Both the position numbers and the translations under genes were made by a program. A stretch of 64,000 nt of DNA from positions 36,952,001 through 37,016,000 of the forward strand of contig OX597830.1 in assembly GCA_951406725.2 (NCBI GenBank), in the 5' to 3' direction. Below, one piece after another: positions 29,063-41,137 of the stretch. The notes under the pieces were generated by a model. The model did no database searches and was not told the origin of the DNA. It saw only the letters and a list, made by a program, of their open reading frames with translations. Within the stretch, counting starts at the first letter, position 1. Each line of letters starts with the position of its first letter. This DNA comes from Octopus vulgaris. Its lineage: Eukaryota.

Positions 29063-29925
29063 AGAGGAAAGTCCAATAGAAAAGGAAGACGGAGGAAGAA
29101 AATCGCCAACGATTCACATGTGGTTACATTTTGAAAATGTATAAATATGTGTGTGTGCGCATGTGTATGTTTATGTTTGTACGACAAGCCTCTGCACAAT
29201 TTCTGCCGACCAAATTCCACTCACAACGATTGGTCATTCCATAAGATATCGTAGGAAACATTTGACAGAAGTGCCGTGCACTGTGATTGAAACCTGTATC
29301 CCATGCTTGCAAAAAGCGTACTTCTAAAACGCACGTCACTATTTGAAATTCAGTATTTTAACAGAACTCCAGCAAAAGCTGCGAGACATTTAAACAAAAA
29401 CTTCATTAAGTTAATTAGTCGGAGAGGCTGCTCGCGACTGAATATAATAGTCACTTTACTTTTAACCTATTTAATGAAGAACATTACAAATGTAAATAGC
29501 ATTACTTAACTAATGGCTCATTTTTTTCCCAAATGGATGTCGCCACCGCCATCGATTTGTATTAATTAACCAACTAATTAACCTAAATAAAGCTTCTTTT
29601 TGTTTTTGAATAAATCTTTTTGAATAAGTCTTTTTGAATTTTTTCACATCATTGTGTACATTTATTTAGTAATTCACTTTTAACTATTTTAGTAATTGCA
29701 GTAAAGTCTGTTTCGTTGAGCAGGCTTAAAATGACTGAAAATAAAAACTGTTCTCTCTCGTGTTTGCCAAAACCGATGGTAATTATATTAGTCATTAACC
29801 TAATATTGTCTTTTCCTCAGCACGTGTGTGCTGCTAATTAGATTTTTTTTATGCTCACAGCTTAAAAAAAATTAAAAATAACAGAACTATATAATTCTTC
29901 TTCTTTTTTTTTCTTCTTCTTCTTC

Positions 29926-30600
29926 TTGAGTGAAAGAACAGCGCATTCCATCAAAGTGACACTGGAGTACAAACATATGAAATCCAATATAACCATCATG
30001 ACTACCCAGGCCCATGCATCACAATCATATGTGAACTGCATGGTGATCTAATATCAAGATAAACAGCGTATGACCTTGCAGGTGGGATCCACTTAGAATT
30101 TTCTTCAGGTCGAGTAACCCATCCGACTCAAAAGGTACGTGAATAAGGTTTGTTTAAGGATGATGAACAAAACAACAATCTTTCGAAAGGTGAATTGTTC
30201 AAACCTCAAAGAATCCCTATCAACACATAACTATGATGATCCACCACTACTTCTGCTTGTGATCAGAGATGCTCATATCATCAGCCACTAAGGGATATGC
30301 CCAACTGGCTACAGTCAAGCGACTGACAAGCAAATCTGTGGTATTGAGCAGAATATCTGCTGTAGCCATCTTTTATACTAAGTAAAACAATGTACGTGAT
30401 AATACTTCCAGTCGGTTAAGATCAGAAGCCACGAGAGCCATCAGGGCATTGGTACTACATCAGGGCATTAGTAATGCATCAGGACATTGGTATTGCATCA
30501 GGGCATTGGTACTGCATCAGGGCATTGGTACTGAATCAGGGCATTGTTTCTCCATCAGGGCATTGGTACTGCATGAAGGCATTGGTACTGCATCAGGGCA
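29926..30600. mobile_element. Probable interspersed repeat ending in a 19-bp tandem array next to (TTA)n
   Basis: catcagggcattggtactg x8.5 at 30439-30600 is directly visible. That the upstream 500 bp is a dispersed octopus repeat is recall, not demonstrable within the window. Confidence 0.55.
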
Positions 30601-30654
<54 letters not shown>

Positions 30655-30655
30655 C

Positions 30656-30850
30656 GTTAGCACGCTGGACGACATGCTTAGCGGCATTTCACTCGTCGCT
30701 ACGTTCTGAGTTCAAATTCCGCCAAGGTCGACTTTGCCTTTCATCCTTTCCGGGGTCAATACATTAAGTGTCAGTGAAAAGCTGGAGTCGATGCAATCGA
30801 CTAGTTCCCTCCCCCAAATTTCAGGCCTTGAACCTGTAGTAGAAAGAATT
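30656..30850 (+). mobile_element. SINE family A, tail A
   Basis: cgttagcacgctgg...gagttcaaattccgcc...ggccttgaacctgtagtagaaaga. Confidence 0.85.
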
Positions 30851-31749
30851 ATTATCCTCCTTCTCTTCTTCCACCCCTCCTCCACCTCATCATCATCATC
30901 ATCATCATTATCATTATTATCATCATCCTCATCATCCTCATTGTAGTTGTTACAATCACACTTGCATATGAGACAATACAAAAGCAGTTAGTTTACTACG
31001 AAGCTTTTACTCGTTGAACAAATGGTTGTTTTGTTACGGATAATTTCGAAACGTCGGGACCGTCTCTACAAATACTTGGGAGAGATGGAAGTCTTGTCTT
31101 GCAGGCGACATTTTATTTTAATTTCACATTGTCAATATTCCTCATGTCTTTATCTCAAGAGGAGTTGCAATAGAATTAATAAGAAAAAAACAAGAGTAAT
31201 GCACGAGAATGCTCTTTCAAAACACACATGAAAGCATACTGCAAACACACACAAACAAATTCAAAACATGAACGAAATAAAGAAAGGCAAAGGAAAAAAT
31301 GATGATAATGTAACCAAAAGACACGTTCGAAAGCATAAGCCATGAAAATTTAATATCCAAAAAAATAAGTTTGTACGACATGAGACAAAACTAACAAGCT
31401 TACACGCAAGTGAACACAATTGTTATCAAACGGGGAAAATAAAGAAAAAGGCAACAATTTTAATTTTGTTTACATTACCAGTTGTAGTGGTTTGGAAAAG
31501 TTTCTTCGTGACAACAGCAGTAACGACAACGATAACAATGTTACTTATATATAAAAGCAGATGTCACCACTGAGAAATGTACTTCAGGAGAGAAAATGTA
31601 CCGACAGCTGCGAAGTTTTGATTTTAAGTAGAGACCAAATAGAGCTATGAAAAATAAAATTGTAAAAAACTTCATCTCCTTGCTTGAAAATATATTCAGA
31701 GGTGGGCATCATGGTAGGTGATTTTTATCTGTGTCCTTAAAGACAACCC

Positions 31750-32630
31750 TGGTAGGTGTTTGGGCAAGCATTTTGTACAAAGAGAGTAGGAAATCCTTCG
31801 GCCCCGATTGATTAACTTTGAAATAGACGTGTGATCCAATTGAGGAGAGTAGAGTAGCACACAGGTAGCAGTCGGGGAAAGAGAAAGCGAACTTGACCCC
31901 CGGATCTTTGCTTCCTTCCTAGAACAAGAATGAACGGATGATAACTGCGCAAGTGTCCAAGAAAGAAATGCCAAAAGAGGCCATCATGGATGTATATGTC
32001 CTTCTGAACCTTAAAATCCAGAATCCTACCGAAGAAATACTCAGTTGAGGGAACAAAAATGAAAAGCATACGGCTGATAGTACACGGCGAAAAACCGAGG
32101 TTTTATAGCTGTGATAGTCTCAAGCACTTAAGAGCTTTTTACGATGAAGACGTGGAGGAACAGAAGAGAAGTTTTCAGAGTATCACCGGTTACAGGTCTA
32201 AAGCAGTGATTCAAATAGCATTGTTACCCATACGAAATATCGCAGGCGACCAGAAAACCAACTCCGCCTTTGGGGCTCAAGAGAGAACGATGGTGAGGTA
32301 TTCCCTTTTAGCAGCAGTACCTTATCGTCCAGTAATGAGTTGTATGAAGGGCAATAAAATGGTAAACTGCCAAGTAAAAAAGGAAGAAGACACTGATAAA
32401 GAAAAGTGAATGTGGACAGAACACCAAATCGAGTGAGGAGCGCCATCCCCGGGGAAACCTTACGGGATCAACAGTCACGCAGGAAAACAGCTGAACCGGA
32501 GAAGTTTGGACATTTAAAAAAATTCACTCAATATCTATTCCGTGTCTTCTTTAAATCTTAAAAAAAAAAATCATTGTATAACATATTTACCAATCGCCCT
32601 TGTCTTTACATAACTGTTTTGTCTATCTGA
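31750..32630 (+). pseudogene. Highly decayed ORF1-like retroposon related in type to 37340-39238
   Basis: IRLIVHGEKPRFYSCDSLKHLRAFY parallels LKVKVEGRLHVCFECGEKGHMKARC (eroded zinc knuckle); purine-rich strand bias. Boundaries are uncertain. Confidence 0.4.
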
Positions 32631-32849
32631 CATATATGGTAATACCCATATATATATATTTAGCATCCGTTTTATGTGAGATCACGTGTGATCAATCAAA
32701 GTAACCAAAGTAATTGTTATTATTATTGTGCTTTTCTTCTTTCAATTTTGTTTCTATTTCTTACCGAGTGTCTTCCCAATACCTAGGGTAAAGAAACTCA
32801 TTGTATACATTGACAGGTAATTAAAATAAACACACCAGATTGTTAATTA

Positions 32850-33298
32850 TTATTTTAGCTTGGCTCAGGTTTGGTCTTATTCCTGCTGGAAATTATGTGG
32901 ATAGCGAGTTACTACCTGTAACCTTAGGTATCAACAAGTTTTCAGCAGTCTTTTAAGTGCTTCGAACCCTCCCGATAACCCTTGCTGTCCCTAAGAGACA
33001 ATCTTTCTGTAGGAGCTCTACTGGTTGTTCTATTTCATTTTGCTTCAGTTATTTGTCTATATCTTGGCCTACTGTTCCCAAAGCACTAGTTATTATAGGG
33101 ACGACCGCTATTGTTCGCAGGCTCCAAATTCTTCCCTTTACAAATTCTAAGGGATTGTATGTTTTTGTTTTTCTTCCTCTTCCTTTAGGATCCTGGAGTC
33201 AAACGGGCATGATCGGTCGATAAGTAAGCAACTTCGATTTTCCTTATCGATAATCGTTATGTCTGCTCTTTTATTTGTTAATTTCTCGTCCGTTTGAA

Positions 33299-33300
<2 letters not shown>
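32850..33300 (-). pseudogene. R4/Dong-like LINE 3' fragment (restriction-like endonuclease) adjoining (TAA)n
   Basis: Minus-strand peptides IQTDEKLTNKRADITIIDKENRSCLLID and RIWSLRTIAVVPIITSALGTV..LQKDCLLGTARVI are homologous to the 53883-54210 peptide. Confidence 0.8.
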
Positions 33301-33333
<33 letters not shown>

Positions 33334-33489
33334 GTTATTATTGTTGTTGCCTGTTTGAATTCTTCTTCTTCTTCTTCTTCTCCTACTTCTTCTTCTTCTT
33401 CTTCTTCTTCTCCTTCTCCTTCTTCTTCTTATTGTTATTATTGTTGTTGTCTGTTTGAATTATTGTTGTTGTCTGTTTGAATTCTTCTT

Positions 33490-33520
<31 letters not shown>

Positions 33521-33590
33521 TTGTTATTATTGTTGTTGTCTGTTTGAATTCTTCTTCTTCTTCTTCTTCTTTTTCCTCGTCCTTCTTCTT

Positions 33591-33621
<31 letters not shown>

Positions 33622-33747
33622 TTGTTATTATTGTTGTTGTCTGTTTGAATTCTTCTTCTTCTTCTTCTTCTTCTTCTTCTTCTTCTCCTCCTCCTCCTCC
33701 TTCTTCTTCTTCTTCTTCTTATTGTTATTATTGTTGTCCGCTTGAAA

Positions 33748-33781
<34 letters not shown>

Positions 33782-33835
33782 TTTATTATTGTTATTATCA
33801 TTGTTATTATTATTATTGTCGTTGTCGTTGTTGCT
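33300..33835. repeat. Higher-order (ATT)n/(CTT)n minisatellite
   Basis: Unit attgttattattgttgttgtctgtttgaat(tct)n, repeated about 5 times. Confidence 0.92.
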
Positions 33836-34151
33836 GTAGTTTGTTTTTGCTTTTGTTGTTGTTATTTCATACCCCGAGTGTTCCATTTACGATGTTGATT
33901 CCTTCATGAGGTTTCGACCCGGTTTCGCCATTTCAGCTATAAATCCTTGGGCAACACCAACTTATCAGACCAGTTTCTGTTGAGCCAATACCTTGTCAGA
34001 AAAGATGCTTTGAAGTCACTTAGAGATCAGGAAACAATGTCATGAAACTTCAAAGGATACTGTTGATCTTATATCTATATATTTTGTCATTTATTTTAAT
34101 AGATTTGAATCGTTTTTTCTTTAGTTTCCGTGTATATGTTTCCATGTGCAA

Positions 34152-34199
<48 letters not shown>

Positions 34200-34234
34200 A
34201 CTCACACACACATACACGCACTAAACACACATGC

Positions 34235-34278
<44 letters not shown>

Positions 34279-34902
34279 GACTGTGTGATTATATGAATTA
34301 TATGAATTACGTGTGGGAATAAAAATATGTTTTCCTGCTTGTATTTCTATGTCTGTGTAAGCGCGCGAACATGTGTGTGTGTGAGTGTGTGAGTATCTTT
34401 TGTGGAAATATGAAAGATTTTATATATAGCCTACAATAAATCTAGTCTTGTCCATTCATACCAGTCTTCCTTGTAAAAGAATCCAGAAGAAATAGTAGAC
34501 TTGTCATAAACTAAGTTTACTGTTATTATTATTACTTAGGATAGTGTGTTACGTGACACAAACTTAAAATGATAGATTAACTAAATTGTTGTCTTTAGTT
34601 GTGTCTCTTTATTTCTGAGTTCTAACACTGCCAAACACAATTTTGCGCACTACTCATTCTCCCGGGACTGAGAAAATTAGTTTCTGTGATCTAGTAGTAT
34701 CTATTAAATCGGTTAACATCTTCTAAAAACATGACAAAGTTTAGGAATTGAGATTATTGTTGTTGCTATTGTTAAAGGAATTATAGATGTAGCGTTTCGA
34801 GGCACAGCTAGTACAACAATGACCAAAATATCTTGAGGTATATTTAATTAATTAACTTTCCATTCTCTGTTGAAATGGCAGCAAAGATTGATACTTCTAA
34901 TA

Positions 34903-35121
34903 TTGGCTTCAAATTTTAACAAAAGTCCAGAAAACTCGAGGAAGTGGTTAAGTCAGTTACATCGACCCAAGTACTAAACTGGTACTTATTTTATTGAGTA
35001 AAAAAAAAAAAATCGAAGGTATAGTTAACCTCGGCGGAATTTGAACCCAGAATGTCAAGGTGGGAGAAACGTCGCTAAGCGCTTTCCCCGGCGTGCTAAC
35101 AAGGCTTCCAGCTCGCCGCCT
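34903..35121 (-). mobile_element. SINE family A, tail C
   Basis: Ends ccagctcgccgcc; possible TSD cttctaat(a/g)ttg. Confidence 0.85.
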
Positions 35122-35443
35122 TCTTTATCCTTCTAATGTTGAAAAAGACGTTCTATTGTGTGACTGATGTTGATTATCTATCTTCGAAAATTATATGACT
35201 GTACTAATACATCTATCTCGTTTATCTCTAGGGTTTGGTTACGAGAAACATTGATAAATGAACAAGTGATAAATGAACACTTCTACATAATTTTTAAATG
35301 GAACGTATGGTACATTCATTAACTCCAAACTCTCTGCCCACAACAGCGAAGCTTCTATCATCACGTATTTTCTTGTTCATCTCTACCTTTTCCTGTAGAG
35401 AATACACTTGTCTACATTGTTTGTTAAGATTAGGCGCCAACGT

Positions 35444-35700
35444 ATTTTTACCCTGTGCGAGTATGCAAAAGCAGGGTATTGTTTGTCTGTTTGTCTGTGT
35501 GTTTTCAAAATTACTGGAAAGCGACTGAACAGGTTTTCACCAACATTAGCAGAAATACTCATTGGGTGAGTGGCTCAGACCCATTATTTTGGTTTGGATA
35601 TCTTCAAAAGTGGCGGTCGGGTGAATCAAAACGTTTTTTGTTCTTTGTTACATATGCATAAACGATAAACAGGGAAGATAACTCTTGATGTAATTTTGTT
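35444..35700 (+). mobile_element. HINE/DINE-1-like (Helentron-associated) non-autonomous element
   Basis: T-run followed by short IR taccctg/cagggta (35449-55/35472-78), then a gtttgtctgtttgtctg microsatellite. Possible 3' subTIR acaggga at about 35669 followed by ttgtt. Confidence 0.5.
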
Positions 35701-37339
35701 GAAATATGATTTCGTCTGAGAATATATTTATTAAATTAAATTTTATTTTATCCTTGTGAGCGTACAAGGTATGCGTCGCCCCACCCCCGATCCCTATTTT
35801 TTCCATTTCCGAGTTAGGCGTTGCTTAACGTGTTCTCTTCATCTAGGATCCGGCTGGGTTGAAGGCTCGTGTTGGTTGACCACATACCACATGGTTACAG
35901 TAGATGAGGAGGTATCTTACCCAGACAGGGATTCATTGAAACTCTGCTAGGTGCATCAGTGGGACCCGGGAAATGTACAGACAAATGGTGAATGCAGCAA
36001 CGTGCTGCAACGGCGCATGCCCTCCACACGCAATGTGTTGATATGTCCGAGTCAGTAAATCCGTATGAAAAGTACGCAACCTCGCATCATAGTAATGGAA
36101 GCACAAATGATAGTGCATTCTGGGTATTGTGGGTAGTCGTCGGGGCGTGCTTTTGCGGTGCAAGGAGAATCTTTGACTGACTGCCGATCCGTGTTATCAC
36201 AGATCTATCCTTCATAAGCATAACACACTTCACAACCAGTGAATCGATTATTACTGTTTTTATTGTTACTGAGAGCTAAGAGACTATATATCGACAGAAT
36301 ATTAGAAGGTTACTGAACAAAATGCAGTTTAGTAGCTAATCCAGTAACCCTATATTTTTCTTCATTTTATTTTTTGTCTAAATATTACTCCATATGATAG
36401 ATATTTGTAATGTACTTGGCTAAAGTAAATTACATATACAGCACGTCTGAGCTTTTGCTGTGCTAAAAGTAGATATAAAATTAAATACTCGATTGGATAC
36501 TATAAAATCAGCTTAGAAGATGCTTAGTAGAAACCAAAAGGAAGCTAATGTCTTGAATGAATAAGTTGACAATAATTCACATCGAAATCGTGGGTACATG
36601 AAACTAATTACAGGTTTATTTCCGGAAACTAAGCTGGTGCCAAGTTACAAATGAAAATGATATCAAAGTTCCGCATGAAATATGATTATTTCCCTGTGTA
36701 TAACGCAATGAAAATTTCAGAGGATGGTTTCAATATATCGAGAAACTATTAAGCACTTCTCTATAAATAAAAAGAATCTCCAGTGATCTGCTGAAGGTTT
36801 TCTACATGATGAAGTATAATGAATTAAGATTCTGCACATTTAAAGTTTGAGGCAGACTATATTCCCGATGAAGTTAAAAGACATAGCACCATGACAATGC
36901 GATTGGTTCCTGAGTTAGAAATAGATTTATCTGCTATGTATTTCTGACAGCTAGGATAACAAGAATAAGAGAAAGAAAAGTCACTTTCTCAAAATAGCAC
37001 AAAACGCGAAGAATGTAATTTAGCTCTTGGTTCCGCTTGCTCATCATCTATAGACAGAGTTGTATATACGCTTATGCAAGTAAATGTACATACAAATACA
37101 TCTAGACTACTTTATTTTTTTTGATGTTACAAGTTTGTATCGTTTTTGAAAATGGATGGCCTTCATTATAAGGCTTTCATCTAAAATCAATTAACATCTT
37201 GTTCTTTCTTCAATATTATCCAGTTTCTAGAACTTGTAGTGAAAATAGTATTCCCCTTCACGCGTGACAAAATGGTATGGAGGGGCCGTTATAAAGTCAG
37301 TCAGTCAGTCAGTGTAGGAGGTCAGCAGTAGTAGAGTCG

Positions 37340-39238
37340 GAGAGTAGCTGACAGCGTTATTTTTGGAGTCGGTGACGACGGAGTGTTTTTTGTGAGTAAG
37401 AGCGTTAAATAATTGTTCGTTTATTGCTGTTTGATTTTTGATATTGTTAATTGTTGTTGTTTTATTTTTTTCCCATTGAGGGAAAAATGGAGAAAACTCC
37501 AGCGGGCGGCCACAGTTATGCGGCCGCAACTGGAAAAGGATCAGAAGAGGAAACGTTGAAGATAATTGAAATTAAGGTCGAACCAAGGAAAATGAAGGGA
37601 TGTGAAAAGTTGCTGGAGAAGGATGGAGAGATGTTGAAGTTGATGCCACCTACAGAGCTGACAAACAGTGTGATGAGACGAACAGTTACATATAAAACAA
37701 TGAAAATAGCAACGAGAAAGATAAAGATTGTGACAGTGGAGGAAATCGAAGAGGTATTGAAAAGCATTAAAAAATTAACAACTTATATAACAAGAGGAAA
37801 GGAGTATGCCACCGTGGAGGTGCGCTTTGCGATAGAGGAAGAGGCAATCAAGCACGCAAAGGAGGCAATAAGATCGGAGGAGTAGGTACTTTTGCCGTCG
37901 TACTGTGGCAAACGTGTGGCCAGAGTACGAGTAAGCAAATTACCCCCAGAACTAGAAGCATGGCTGATGACAGTCATAATGTTCAACATGAAGGATGGGG
38001 CCAAGATATTGAGGGCCACAAGGATTAATAGAATGAACTACTGGGGATACGGGATCGAGCTCACTATCCAGGCAACAATAGAAGATTTGAATCGGATTGC
38101 TGAAGAGATAGTGCTACCCGATGACTTTAGATTAAAAGTGAAGGTAGAGGGCAGGCTGCATGTATGTTTTGAATGTGGGGAGAAAGGCCATATGAAGGCG
38201 AGGTGCCCACAGAGAGAACAGATGGAGAAGCAGGAGAGTGCGGAACAGGTAGTACAGGTGGAGATGGAAGAAAATACAACGGAGGAGGGATTCACGGTTG
38301 TGGAAAGAAAACGAAGGAGAAGTAGAAGAGTGAGCCCGCCACCAGGTAACCAGAAAAAGAAGAAAGAAGATGTGGAAATGAAAGATGTGACCAGAAGGAA
38401 GACAAAAGGTGGTGGAGAAAGAAAGTGAAAAAATAATTGGGATGGTGTGTGAGAATGAGTTACAGAAAGAGGAAACAGTGTTGAAGATGTCGGTTAATTT
38501 AGCGAAGGAGAAAAATTCAGGAGTGCAACTATATGAGGGTGAAATAGAGAAATTGTTCAGAGTAGAGACAGAAAAGGAAAAAGTACCAGAAATAGAAGTA
38601 AAAAAGAGAAAACCAAGAAGAGGAAAAAATAAATGGTACTTCGTAACATATGCAAAAAAACAAAGAGGTGGAAAGAAAAATTGTAAAATTCAAGCATATC
38701 ATAAGAGTGATGTTACCCACGGATGTATACTCAGAAAATATAAAGGTCATTGTGGTCGACAAAGACACATACAATAGATTAGCAGACATACGCGGAAACA
38801 AGATTGACCTTTCCGGGATGTTGGTGGCGTTCGATGAACTGTCACTAATAGTTGAACTCAGAGAAGTGGAGCCTTACATGAGGTATTAAAATGGAAAGAA
38901 AAAAAGTAAAAAGTAAAAGTGTTTTAATGGAAAACAAAGAGGAAAAAAAGATGTTGAAAGAAAAAAAGTAAAAAGTAAAAGTGTTTAAATGGAAAACAAA
39001 GAGGAAAAAAAGATGATTAAGAAAAACAAAATAGACAAAATAGAACGATTGTAAATAGTGTGTAAAAACGTTCAAATGGTACTGCATGGGAGTGGGGCCC
39101 ATGCAGCCATTTCATTTTTTCCACTTTTATATAACATTCATTCTAATTCGTTTTATGTTTTATGTCCCCACTGTGGTGTTCTGTCTGTCCTTGTAGTGTC
39201 CCTCTCTGTGTTAGTGGCCGTGTTGCCAAATAAAGAAA
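37340..39238 (+). mobile_element. Full-length ORF1-only non-LTR retroposon (HAL1-like; L1/Tx1-type ORF1)
   Basis: 18-bp TSD tcag(c/t)agtagtagagtcg at 37322-37339 and 39239-39256; short 5' UTR, ORF1, 3' UTR ending aataaagaaa; no EN or RT sequence. Confidence 0.85.
37487..38889 (+). pseudogene. Disrupted ORF1/gag-like protein with a CCHC zinc knuckle
   Basis: ATG at 37487; SYAAA motif; in-frame TAG at 37883-85; LPSYCGKRVARVRV; CFECGEKGHMKARC (CX2CX4HX4C); GFTVVERKRRR basic tract; two frameshifts (about 38410 and 38660); TAA at 38889. Confidence 0.85.
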
Positions 39239-39691
39239 TCAGTAGTAGTAGAGTCGTTCTAAGAAATTTCAGTTGAAGTCAGTGTCAGTTACGTGATATA
39301 TACGAGTTCGAGTTACGGTCAAGTTAGATGTTTCAAAGTCATTGTCTTGCGGAGCGCTCAGCGATAGACGAGTCAAAGATAAGACGCGGAATACCGCCAC
39401 AACATAACAGTGACGGCAAGAAGAGCACAGTGCCGTCAGTAACATACAAGTTGACGAGGATCCACATTATAACAGAATTACTAAATTTCTGAAGATTTTA
39501 CAGAAAACGCTTTTTAATTTACCTTCGATATTGCATCTCTTAAATATTTCCGAGAAGTATTCAAATCGAAATTCCTTCTTGCATAAAATTTACAGTAATT
39601 TTTGCATACCAAAGCACAAAATAGGTTGGCTTAAAAGATAGAAAAGATATCAAATTTAATTAAAGCAGTAAACAATAAAATATATAATTAA

Positions 39692-39767
39692 AAAAAGCAA
39701 ATTTAGTCGCTATTGAATTATATACGCAGATATGCATATAATTCAATAGCGACGAAATTTGCTTTTT
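39692..39767. repeat. Isolated 76-nt near-perfect hairpin
   Basis: 32-bp arms (39692-39723 and 39736-39767) with 1 mismatch and a 12-nt loop. Confidence 0.9.
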
Positions 39768-39877
39768 ATTAATGTGATTATTTCCTTCTTGTAGTAGCTG
39801 CTTCATTCATTCAATGCCAGTTTCATTCATGCAGCATCTATTCCCTTTACTGTGCCCATTTCATTCACTCAAATTTT

Positions 39878-40106
39878 TTTTTTCATTGCCCACAAGGGGC
39901 TAAACATAGAGGGGACAAACAAGGACATACATAGGTATTAAGTCGATTATATCGACCCCAGTGCGTAACTGGTACTTAATTTATCGACCCCGAAAGGATG
40001 AAAGGCAAAGTCGACCTTGGCGGAATTTGAACTCACAACATAACGCAGACGAAATACCGCTAAGCATTTCGCCCGGCGTGCTAACGTTTCTGCCAGCTCG
40101 CCGCCT
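39878..40106 (-). mobile_element. SINE family A monomer, tail B, with TSD
   Basis: Full head ..ccagctcgccgcc; direct repeat atttcattcact(c/t)aaat on both sides. Confidence 0.92.
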
Positions 40107-40450
40107 TAATTTCATTCACTTAAATGGTTTCTAGTTGATGTCTATGGAGAAGTGTATACGAAACAAAGTACCAAATATGGAGTGGATGTAAATTAAGTTG
40201 CTGGCACTAAAAAGTGAGCAACTCTACATATTTACGTACGTGCATTGATATTTTTATTGGTTTGAGGTCATTCATCTAATTAAGAGAAATGCGTGATATA
40301 CATAATCGTGCCACGCACTTTGTTTGTGAATACTCCCTTTCTGGTAAATCCTAATCGAACAAGCTTAAGATAAAAGTTATTTCACTTGTGACTGACCTGT
40401 GAGTGACTTTATGCCGTTTGCGTTGGAATGGCCTTTTTTTCCCTGAAAGC

Positions 40451-41137
40451 TGTCTAGAATGTATGTAGGTGGGGTGCGTGGGTGTCTGCAACAGCATTAC
40501 CGTTCGAAATGGGCTCTATTTTGTGTCTTAGCAAGTGGATCACGGCTTTTATACAGTGTTATATAACCAACATAGTGTTTAAAGGCCAAATACACTCCGT
40601 TGATGGTTACCAGACACGAAAAAGAGACTAATGTGTCGAGTGAATGAGTTAACTCTATCGGAGTACAACGCGTAATATACCTTTCCTTTGGTTTACGATC
40701 TTTTCGGTTTGAACGGCAGTTTTTAACATAATTTCTAGGTAACTAAAAAAATTTAAACTTCGTATACTGGTAGAATGTGTTTATAAAAACATCTTTTTCT
40801 CTTGGCTTTATTGAGAAAATTCTATGGTTTGTAAGATATTTGTTGTTGTTTTTTCTTCAATTTCTGCAGTTTCAACCAATCACTGACGTCTATTGAGGTA
40901 AAAAACATTCTGTGCCGTATGAATATGTCCCTCGCTTAAGAAGATTGGGTTTATTTACATTTGTGAAGAAAAAAAGATACCCTTCCTCCACCCCTAATCC
41001 TAACCCTAACTAACCCTAACTAACCCTAACCCTAAAACAGATTGAAATGCAACAGATCGATACTAGGGTCATAATTATGGGAGACAATTTCGTGTGACAC
41101 CGCTAGAAAAAAACTGCCGTTCAAACCGAAAAGATCC
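40451..41137 (-). mobile_element. Inverted second copy of the MITE plus passenger (MITE 40696-41137, passenger 40451-40695)
   Basis: Reverse complement of 24989-25650 at high identity; ccctaa repeats at about 40993-41035. Confidence 0.92.

Larger units (their letters stand above)
37287..39474 (+). mobile_element. Short solo-LTR-like sequence (~270 bp) split by the ORF1-only insertion
   Basis: Termini cgttataa (37287) and ttataaca (39467-74) resemble TG..CA inverted ends; purine tract immediately upstream; internal tgacgagga resembles a gypsy PBS. No TSD found. Confidence 0.4.

Noticed and set aside
30439-30600. CRISPR-like appearance of the 19-bp repeats
   Set aside because: Head-to-tail with no unique spacers, in a eukaryotic context with no cas genes.
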